A stretch of DNA of 64,000 nt. It comes from Ruditapes philippinarum (Eukaryota). Where the stretch lies: contig NW_026854747.1 of NCBI RefSeq assembly GCF_026571515.1, forward strand, positions 124,001 to 188,000. Direction: 5' to 3'. Under the pieces are notes generated by a model. The model saw only the letters and a program-made list of their open reading frames with translations. It made no database searches and had not been told where the DNA came from. Position 1 is the first letter of the stretch, and every line of letters starts with the position of its first letter. Shown in pieces: positions 36,801-48,800 of this stretch. A program made the translations under genes and the position numbers.

Positions 36801-39800
36801 GTTTACCAAAACACCTGTGCTGTGCAAAATTTAATATGCCCATCATGTAACAACGGCATAGTTTTAAATTAAGCATACACGGTTATGCATTGATTGATTA
36901 AAAATATTGAAGATAATTTTATTTCACTTCTATTAATGACAGCTCTAAGCATGGTATAATTATGGTAGACTGATTACATTCTACATTATATCTGAGACAG
37001 TATGTCTTTGTCCCAGCAACAGGTTGAATATCATTAGGAGATAAATGTTAGTTATTAGTTTCTCACATTGAATATTAACCTTAGAAAGGGATAAATGTCT
37101 AAGAGGTCAAGGTTAAATAAGTGTTTCCAATTTTAACTTTTAGTCAGATTCTTAGCCCTTAAGTTAACCTGTTGCATTTGTATATTAGATTTGACTAGCT
37201 TTAAATTTGGAGAATCCATTATAATTTAAAAGGATTAGAATATCAAAATACAATATAATTGTGCTAGCAGCAGCCTGGATCCAGGTGAGATTACTCAGAT
37301 ATGTAGACTGGCCTCTAGCCTTGCTCTATACTGGTGGCACAGGTTAATTAAGTTTGGTTTCAGCAGTCTAGGGGTTAGAACTTAGACATGTATATGTCAA
37401 TTATTTGATATGGTGCAACTTATCTTATTTTTGTGTTGAATTACATTATTTTTGTTTACATTTCAGGACACAATTTATCCATTTGTCAGTCCCCAGAAAT
37501 CATTCATCCGGTCATTTACTGCAGCCTTTCATTCTATACTACGCCTAAAAGAGGTAAAATCGAATGTCACGCTTTACTTTTGTTGATTTTTTTTTTACAT
37601 TATAGCTAAAGTAGTTTTCGACATGATTGAATTATGGGTTTTGATTCAAGATTTTTTTTTCTGGGAAATTGATTATGAGAAAACAAAAAAAATTCTGCTT
37701 GAGAGAAGATATAAATAGTATTGTTGTTTTTATTTAACCCTTTTGGGAAAGAGTAAGATGTGTCCACCAAAGAAAAATTTAGAATAAACAAATCTGTTTT
37801 TAATCGTCTTGATTTGTGAAAAGATCAAGTTGCAGTAACAGCCAAGTTTTTGAATTTCAACACAAATAAGTAAAATAGGATATAGAAATTGTAAGTGATT
37901 GGGTGATCTTTCTTTAGAAGAGAGAAGATAAACATATTTAATGATCATGATTATTTCAGACAAAGAAGATTCTGGTTTTCTTAGCCCTTAATGTGGTTGG
38001 CACGGCAACTTTGTTGATATGGTGTCATGACACCAACAGCATGGGTAATTGTTTATATTTTTATCACATACCTTTGTAGCTATTACGACTACCTAAAAAT
38101 GGTACGGGACAGCTGTATATGTGTTTTCATGTGACATAATTTGTGTTACATAAACATAGCATAAAAATGCACTTAGTTTTAGCATTACACTATTAAATGT
38201 CAACGAAAAAATGATTATTCTATCGACAAAAAATTGTTTTTTTTAATGTACTATGTAATATAAAGAATATTGTACTCTTGTTGTTCATTATTTAAGTTAT
38301 TGAACTTGTTAAATAAATTATATGCTTGTAATATTCAGTATTTAACCATAACTCATTCAATAGTGTGTATATGTAAAATTAACTCCCTTTTGCAGCTCAC
38401 AAGACAATATGAAATTAATATACATTATATATAAGAAGAATATACTGCAGGAAATATTTATACTGTACAACAGATATAGAGCCTTTTGTAAGGCAAAGAC
38501 TTAAGACTATCTGATGTCATTAAATTTCAAAAAAGGGCAGCAAGAATACTCCTTGACAAAAACTTTGATACACCATCAAGTGAATTATTCAAAGAATTAA
38601 ACTGGATGTCTTTTGACCAAAGAATCATATACAAAAAGTCAATTCTTATGTATAAATCAATTAATGAACCTGACTTTCCAACATATATGAAAAATAAATT
38701 CCAGACAGTAAACGAAAGGCACAACTTAAACCTCAGATCAGCACAAAATGCAAAGCTAATTATACCAAAACCTAAAACAGAATTCTTCAGAAAATCATTT
38801 GCATACTCTGGACCAAAAATATGGAATAACATACCAGTACATATAAGAAATTCCGATACTCTTCGGAAATTTCAATCAGCTTATATCAAATGGCAGTTTT
38901 CACCTTAAACTAGCTGTTGATTTATTCCTGTTGTATAAATTACTTATATGTACTTTTATTATTACTATATTACTATTGTTATCGTTTCTTTTACTTTTGC
39001 CCCATATTTTCCCAATAGGAAAATTTATGATTCAATGATGCCAAATGATGATTTCCTACTCCAATTGAACTTAAATTTATGTATATATATAGATATATTT
39101 TAGTTATATTTTAAAATAACTCATGAGCCAATATGTATTAGATAATAATATCACTTAAATTATCATCTGAATTTCCATGGTGTATTTTTAATTATAAATA
39201 TTGTTTTAAATGTGTACTAAATATTGTTTTAAACAGGTACTATGTTAGTTTTACCTATCTGTACATATTGCTCTTTTTCTCTGTATTATTGTACAATCAT
39301 TTCATTTTTTGCTTTATCAATCATTACTTCAATTTAATTGATCTGTTTTAATAATATTAAATTTTGTGTATATATGTTGTGTATATGTTGTGTACATGTA
39401 AACTGATTGTAATAATGTTATGCTGAGGCCCACATGGAAGATCGGGAAACTGAATGTGTAAGCCTCGTTAAATAAAGTCGTTACTTACTTACTTACTTAC
39501 TTACTTTAGTAGTTGCTGAAGAAATACTCTAGAAAGTTAAATTTATTCAACAGGGCCCCGATGTTACAATATTTCAGGTTGAAATCCTCTCTCATACATT
39601 GATAACAAGTTTTGTCATATCTGGAAAGAAAAAAATCCCTCTCCCAAGCCCAAAAAAAAAATAAAAATTAAAAAAAAAATCGATAGAATTTTGCTGTCTC
39701 CAAGATCTATTAAACATAACATAAAGTTTTTGCATATACACAAAGTTGCTTAATAATTATTTCAGTTAGTTTGTTAACCCTACAAGCTACAAATTAAACT

Positions 39801-42800
39801 GCTACATGGATACATGTTTTGTGTTTTACTTTTTAGCTTTGACAGCCTATACCTACCTGACTTTATTTGACATCTTTAGGTAAGTATGTTTTACATACCA
39901 TTTACTAGTATTCTTTATTGGTTTGTAAAATGTGGTTGTTCAGTACATGTTATTCACAACACAGCTTGAGTGCATCTGGTTATAGTACTTGGATTTCCAA
40001 ACATGTGATCATTTCAAAATAAGGCAACTTTCCACCAACATATTTACTTATTTGTCAGGCAAATCAGAGCCATATGGATATTGATATATGGAGAGAGAAC
40101 AGTATATTTCTGTTTTCTAATGATGAATGTAATTAACATTAGTGACATGTGTTGCAATAAAATACTGTTGAATAAAATATTTTGATAAATAATGGTTATA
40201 GCAAAGTAAATGTGATTTTCTGCAAAAACATCTTTTCAACTTGAGAACATTTCAATTTTATTTTTTTTGGACAGCTATAGTCACACTTCAGCTTAAACCT
40301 TTTATAAATTGTATATGCTAAATACCACTAAAACGACTAGTATGTAATTTGACTGTTTACTGCTGCATGTACTCACTGACATATCAGCATGCAAATGTGT
40401 TTATACTGTACTCCAGCTCTAATGTTTTACTGGTTACCATTGACTGTCATACTGACATGGCTGAAAACAATTGCTTTACTGGTTATCAGGACTTCAAGTG
40501 CCTTAAACTTTTATAATGATTTGATTAAAAGCAATTTATGAACATGTCTTATGCCATTCCATGTAAGTTTACCTCTGTTTATTCTATTGAATCATAGTAT
40601 GTGAAGAAGTTGTTATTAGCTTGCAGAGAAAATGTTAAAATAGATAAAAAAAATCCCAAGTGAAAGCCCAACACAGAGCAAAACTAAAAATGTTGCAGAC
40701 TCAATTTGAGTGAGCCTGTTCATGGATGGTAGTGGTATTTGCTTTGATTGAGGAACAAAAACTAGTAGATGTAATTTCAAACATAAAGATAATAAATATC
40801 TCTACAAGAAATTGGTGACAATAAAGATATTGTCACTTGTATCTTAAACAACTAATGCATGTTGATTTCAGACATTTTATCACATTGCCTCATCCAGTTA
40901 AATATGTTTAATTTTTTCCATGTTCCATGGTTCTGATTTCAGTTTGTTGACATGTCTACTGAGTATTTGGATTAGACTACAAAAACCATCACCGGCATAT
41001 TCGTTCGGGTAAGATTGGTCATGTAATTAAATTATTTTTTAAATTGTCAAGACTACAAACTTTTAGCTAGCCATCACACAGGCACACTTTTTTGTATGTT
41101 TCCAGTGTGATAGTTTGTGCTCTCTCTACATGACATTTATAAAGGGCATCCTCGTGGCAACTTGAGTTGTTCCCAACTAGATCATGCAGCGTCAATGGTG
41201 TTTCCATTGTGTCCCAGGTTGCCTTGGGAATGCTTTAAGGTTGCAATTCTTGTTTCATAGACAGGGTTATAACAGAACTACAAATTACATAACTTCTGCA
41301 TTAAACACTAGTCTTGCCTTGGTTACTCAGAAAATGTTCATCGACAATGTTTTTTTTTTTTTAAGTTTGTAAACATACCTGTAGATTATGTTTGTAATTA
41401 CTATAAGTTATGTAACTTTTATTTCATTTACAGGTATGAGAGATTTGAGGTTTTAGCAACATTTGCTAGTACAATGTTAGCACAATTAGGTGCTTTATTT
41501 ATCATCAAAGAAAGGTAATTATATCTGTTTTAATTAGTCAATTAAATCTTATAGTGATTGTAATAATTTTGACTAATCATATGATGTCAGGATACATCCA
41601 GTCAGCCGCTTCTTCAATGCAGATAACCAGAATCTGTACAATATATTTTTAGCTGCTTAAGTTTTTCTTTTCATGCCCCCATCTCTACCAGGCTGTGGGG
41701 GATGGGAGGGGCATTTAAATTTGCCCTTGTCTGTCCATGTGTTCTCCTGTTGTGTTGCATGTAGCTCTAAAAGTGCTTGAGCTAGAGTCAACAAACTTTA
41801 CAGTTATGTTGATCAGCATTTGAAGTTGTGCACCTGGGCTTTTGCATGTTGATTAATTCAGTTTTGTCAGAGTAATAATATCTGTCATATTTTGCAGTTC
41901 GGATCGGAATATCCGTCCCGAGGTGACCCGCCCATTGGGCGGTAACGAGGCTTGCCGAGTTACCGCCCATGGGCGGGTGACCGAGGGACGGATATTCCGA
42001 TCCGAACCGCAAACATATGTCAGATATTTTTTCTTGCATATTCTACCATATTCCATTATATTTTAAATTCTTTATCTTTATTTCAATGAAAAATTTATAT
42101 CATTACAACCGTAACTACTTTCATTCAACAGCGTATGAATTACAAAATCATTCATAACGGTAAAATGACGTCATCGTTATCGTGCCATTGTACAGCACGC
42201 GACTCATCTGGAACCCCCCATGCCAGATGACATTTCCGGCATGGGTAAAACTAACGGAAACGCCAGTCTGATATGCAAGAATTATTGCCCCTGACTTAGT
42301 AAAAATTGACAGTTTCCAATTTGTGTTGCAAAACGCTGAAAAAAAATTAACCTTGAGTCATGAAAGTTTAACGAATGTTGGTCAGCATGTGTAGTTGTGC
42401 ACCAGGGGGTTTGCTTGTCGATTTATCAGTATTTGTAGAGTTTTTGCCCTTGACTTAGTAAAAAATGCAATTTTTGATTTGTGTCCCGCATAGCTGAAAA
42501 AGTAATTGACCTGGAATCATGAAACTTTACAGACATGTTGGTCAGCATGTTAAAGTGTGCATCTGGGAGTTGTTTGTGTATTTATTCATTAATTTGTACA
42601 GTTATTGCCCTCTACAGGAATAATGTGTATTTCTATTTTATTGTTTATATGTTATCATATAGGAATTATATATATTTCATATTATTTACAGCATAGAGAG
42701 ACTTATACAGCAACCAGAGATACACACGTAAGTTAAAAAAAAACACAAAAAAAACGTTTTGTCATTTGTTATTTTATAAACGTCAATTTTTTCTGAAGAA

Positions 42801-45800
42801 GACTAAACGTCGAAAGCTTAAGAAAAGCGTTTGTTATACCCCCAAAAACGAAGTTTGGGGGGGTATATAGGAGTCACCCGGTGGTCGGTTGGTCGGTCGG
42901 TCGGGCGGTCGGTCGGTCGGTCCAGACGTCCGTTGCATTTTCCTTGTCCGGACCATAACTTGAAGACTAATGGTTGGAATTCAATATAACAACATACAAT
43001 GGTCTAGCACATTGAGAGGAAGTGCAGTGCACAAGAACCATAACTCTATCTTGACTAATTACAGAGTTATTGCCCTTTGTTACTTTTCCTTGTCCGGGGC
43101 ATAACTTGAAAACTACTGGTTGGAATTCAAAACAATTTCATACAATTGTCAAACACAATAAGGGGAAGTGCAGTGCACAAGAACAATAACTCTATCTAAA
43201 GTAATTACAGAGTTATTGCCCTTTGTTACTTTTCCATTGCTTTCTTTTGTCCGGACCATAACTTGAAGACTAATAGTTGGAATTCAATATAACTACATAC
43301 AATGGTCAAGCACATTGAGAGGAAGTGCAGTGCACAAGAACCATAACTCTATCTTGACTAATTACAGAGTTATTGCCCTTTGTTACTTTTCCTTGTCCGG
43401 GGCATAACTTGAACACTACAGGTTGGAATTCAAAACAACTTCATACAATTGTCAAACACAATAAGGGGAAGTGCAGTGCACAAGAACCATAACTCTATCT
43501 AAAGTAATTACAGAGTTATTGCCCTTTGTTACTTTTCCATTGCTTTCTTTTGTCCGGACCATAACTTGAAGACTAATGGTTGGAATTCAATATAACTACA
43601 TACAATGGTCTAGCACATTGAGAGGAAGTGCAGTGCACAAGAACCATAACTCTGTCTTGACTAATTACAGAGTTATTGCCCTTTGTTACTTTTCCTTGTC
43701 CGGGGCATAACTTGAAAATTACTGGTTGGAATTCAAAAACAACTTCATACAATTGTCAAACACAGTAAGGGGAAGTGCAGTGCATAAGAACCATAACTCT
43801 ATCTAAAGTAATTACAGAGTTATTGCCCTTTGTTACTTTTCCATTGCTTTCTTTTGTCCGGAGTATAACTTGAAGACTAATTGTTGGAATTCATTATAAC
43901 TTCATACAATGGTCAAGCACATTGAGAGGAAGTGCAGTGCACAAGAACCATAACTCCATCTTGACTAATTACAGAGTTACTCCCCTTTGTTACTTTTCCA
44001 TTGCTTTTTTTGTCCGGAGTATAACTTGAAGACTAATGGTTGGAATTCAATATAACTTCATACAATGGTCAAGCACATTGAGAGAAAGTGCAGTGCACAA
44101 GAACCATAACTCCATCTTGACAAATTACAGAGTTATTGCCCTTTGTTACTTTTCCTTGTCCAGAGCATAACTTGAAAACTACTGTTTGGAATTCAATACA
44201 ACTTCATACAGTTGTCAAGGACATTAAAAGGAAGTGCAGTGCATAAGAGCCATAACTCCATTTTGACAAAATACAGAGTTACTGCCCTTTGATACTTTTC
44301 CTTGTCTGGAGCATAACTTAAAACGTATTGGTTGAAATTCAAAACAACTTCATACAATGGTCAAGCACAAAAAGAGGGAGGAAGTGCAGTGCACAAGAAC
44401 TATAACTCCATCTTCAGTATTTATAGTTATTGCCCTTTGTTCCTTTTCTTTGTATTTCTGGACTTATTACAGAGTAATTCGATAAAACTTCTTCAATGGT
44501 CAACCACATTGAAAGGAAATGCAATATACAAGAACCACAACTATCTTTAATTGCTCACAACCATAACTCTATATTTCAATTCTTTTACAAGGTATTCTGT
44601 TACTAGTAACATCCTCATTTCCGAAGCAGTCTTGTGGGGGTATTAATCACATTTAGTGATAGTTCTAGTTTTTATTGAACTGATTATACACGTAAGTTAA
44701 CAAATTACATTTCATTGATACATTTACATAATGTACATTGTCTATCGATAAGCTTTATTTTAAATTAGGTTGGTATTTTCACAAATTCATGCTTAAACAC
44801 ACATTATGTCTCAGAAACAAATAAATTTTTACTTCTTTAGAAAGGACAGACATTTTTAATGTTTTTAGCTCGACTTTTCTATGAAAAGGGGAGCTATCCT
44901 ACTCGCCCCGGCGTCGGCGTCGGCGTCACACCTTGGTTAAGTTTTTCGTACCACCCCACTTTATTTCAGAAGTATTACAAGTATGGCTTTGAAACTTACC
45001 ATACTTGTTCACCATCATAACCTCCATCTACAGACAAGAGTACATAACTCTGTCAAGGTTTTTGACAGAATTATGGCCCTTTTTTGACTTAGAAAGTGTA
45101 TTGAGCTTGGTTAAGTTTTTTGTACCACCTCACTTTATTTCAAAACCATTGGAGGTATTGCTTTGAAACTGACCATACTTGTTTACCATCACGACCTTCA
45201 TCAACAGACAAGAGGACATAACTCTGTCAAGGTTTTTGACAGAATTATGCCCCTTTTTGACTTAGAAAATACATTGAATATGGGGTAAAATCCACTTATT
45301 GCCTTAACCCTTTGAGATATTGCTTTGAAACTTTTAATGCTATTTCACATCATTACCCCCATCTGTACGCAAGAGAAGGTAACTCTGTCAAGGATTTGTT
45401 TTTAAAAATTAAGGCCTTTTATCGACTTAGAATCTTGGTTAAGTTTTTAGTACCAGTCCACTTTTTGACTGAACTGTTTGAGATATTAATTTGAAAGTTG
45501 GAATACTTGTTTACAATCATGATTCCCAAACATGTCCAGGAGAAGGTAATTCTGTCAAAGATTTTATTTGAATTATGGCCCTTAACTGTCAATGTTTTGT
45601 ATTATAGGCAAGCACTAAAAAACTTAAAAAATCTAAAAAAATTCATTCCTATCCACTTGTTCACTTTACCATAAATTATGTCATATAAACATTGCTGTAA
45701 TATTCAAGGGTATCAAACAACTAGTTCACTTTAAAAATACAGAGATTCTTGTATTGCCTTTTACTGCAAAAACTTTTTTTATTGGCAAGCAATAAAAAAG

Positions 45801-48800
45801 TCGAGCGCGCTGTCTTACGGACAGCTCTTGTTAGAGACTGTTAGATGCTTGTTAACCTGAAGAAAGTCATGAAAAATGTGAAATAGTTTGTCATAAAAGT
45901 AGGAAAATGTAAATAAAGTATTTTTTTGACTTCCATACAAAATACTAATTCATTATAAGTGTACTTGTTGCCAAAAAGCAACAGATAAAAAAGATTGTTC
46001 TCATTTGCCAATGGGAACATTTTTTATACTATAAAAGTATTACAAAATAAAAAAACTTTTGAGAAAATATTAATACAGTTTTGTCAAGGTGGATTTATTT
46101 GAAATATTTTGGGTTATCTAGAGGCATGCAAAATTAGCAAAATTAAGGTCACTCTCTGAGTCAATGTATATGAGCCGCGTCACGACAAAACCAACATAGT
46201 GCGTTTGCGACCAGCATGGATCCAGACCAGCCTGCGCATCCGCGCAGTCTGATCAGGATCCATGCTGTTCGCTTACAGCATGGTCGTTGGTTTTGTCGTG
46301 ACACGGCTCATACAGTTTTAATGTTGGATTTTATATTTCAGAGGTCGACTATTGGTAGGGGTTATGTTTGCTTTCATACTTCACATGTTTCTAGTATACA
46401 GTGTAGATAATAAAGCTTTAAATCATGTGATGAGAGCATCTAGTTCAAGTTGGTTACAGGAACATACAACAGATATCAGTGAAAGGTACTCAATTATATA
46501 CATGTATATATAAAAAAGTTTGATTCCTTGTGTGGATCTAATGTATAAAAAATAATTTTATGGGAAATGCAGAAAATAAATATTGTTCATTTTTTTGTAT
46601 GTTTAATTCTGTTAGAGATTTCAATGGTGTACACATATCTTCAGGCAGTAACATATGATAATTATTATATGTTACATATATCACATACCACAAATATCAG
46701 TGAAACTTAGTCATTTATAATTTATAAGACAAGCTGTGTCTTTGTTTATGAAATTATATATATCAGTGAAAGGTAGTCAGTAGAATGTTGTTTTTTCTCA
46801 CAAAAATGGACCTTGCTTAATGAGTTTATAGATTTACGTAAAAGACGTCAGTTTTATTATATATTGCATATCATAGATAAAATAATATAGATATATTTAA
46901 CAGATGGAATATATCACAAAACATTCTCCTTTGTTGGTTACTTTAAAGATATCATGAAAGGAAAGAAATAAATATATCTATAAATCTAAACCTTTGCAAC
47001 GGGTTATAAAAATTTCATTGGAAGACTTTACATAGTTAAATGTATGACATTCACGTGTTTGATTTGTTATTATTATCATTACTTTATACTATAATGATAG
47101 GAAAAAAAGCTAAATGTCAGTTTATGCCATTTAAATGTTGAGTAATATTATTTTATTGGCAACAATATTGTTTGGGGTTTTCCCTATTTGACATGGAGGA
47201 AAGGATATATTTGAGCCGCGTCATGACAAAATCAACGTAATGCGTTTGCGACCAGCATGGATCCAGACCAGCCTGCGCATCCGCGCAGTCTGATCAGGAT
47301 CCATGCTGTTCGCTATCAGTTTCTCTACTTGTAATAGGGTTTGTAAGCGAACAGCATGGATCCTGATCAGACTGCGCGGATGCGCAGGCTGGTCTGGATC
47401 CATGCTGGTCGCAAACCCATTATGTTGGTTTTGTCGTGACGCGGCTCATTTTATATTTTCAGTTTATGCTACCTAATACCAGGTTTAAGCAAGTTGTTAT
47501 TACCACGGATCAACCCACTGGCCCTGATAGCTTTTGCTGGAGGCTTTATGCTTACAATAACACATGTTCTTATTGATACAAAGTGAGTATATTAACATGT
47601 TATTTAGGTCATAACGTAATAACATGTCAATGTAGTAAAGTACCAGTGTGCTGTATAAACAATATTAATATGTCAATGCAGTTAAGAAGCAGGTCATGCT
47701 GTGCATCAATGCAGTTTGGCAAGGCTCTATAATGTTTGTTGGCCAATTTTCAAGTTGGAAAATGCAACAGGATAAATGTTACAGTAAAATAACAATATTT
47801 GTTTGCCTTTTCCTGAACCTCTATCAATAATTATAATGTTTGTTGAAAGCTTTAGTTTATATTCATCAATTTATTTATTAACAAAAGGGCCTGTATGCAC
47901 CTCACTGTGTAAAAGATTTACACGTACAACTAGCTGTCCAGATGTTACTGGACTGGTTGTAATTGAGTGCCTGTTTGCACCTGAAATAATGCATAAAGGA
48001 ACACCTGAGGTCTCCCTCCACCAGTCAAGCTGTAAAGTCACTATATGACCTGTACATTGTAACTTGAAACACTAAAGAACACTTGCTAAGAAAAACCAAA
48101 TTACTAGATAGTCTCATCACATTAAAAGATTTTCTGCTTTTTGCAAGATTTGAAAAGAGTTCAATAAATCTTAACATTTCCAATTATATTCAGATGTAAA
48201 AAAATCCCTTAACAAAGCAGCAGTAAAAACTGCTTACATTCTGTGCAAGACTGGTCCTATATACACGGTTGTTTGCATATATTACCCAGGCCACTAGGCG
48301 GGGGTTATATTTCACACAGTCTTTACATAAGTAAGGTCATACATTGTATAACCTGTCAAACAAATTTATGATACAGTATACTTCTTTTACTTGAGAAAAA
48401 ATTGAAATTACTTAATAAATTGAGAGTATCCATGTATCATTATATAGCTTATATAAATGTCAGGTTTATCCAACGAAAAGTGACGTTACAAACATGCAGT
48501 ATTATATTATTTACAGGAGTTATTTTTCATCTGACACATTGGCAGCCATGATGATAGCTGTGATGACATGTGGTACAATGTTTCCTATGGCTGTCTATAC
48601 TGGCAAAATACTTCTACAGGTAATATTTACTTCAAAATACTTCTACAGGTAATATTTACTTCGAAATACTTCTACAGGTAATATTTACTTCGAAATACTT
48701 CTACAGGTAATATTTACTTTATAATACTTCTACAGGTAATATTAACTTCGAAATACTTCAACAGGTAATATTTACTTTGAATTACTTCTACAGGTAATAT

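Noticed and set aside
38606-38908. Host protein-coding gene nested in ZnT6
   Set aside because: C-terminal remnant of a LINE ORF2 with its 3' UTR and microsatellite tail
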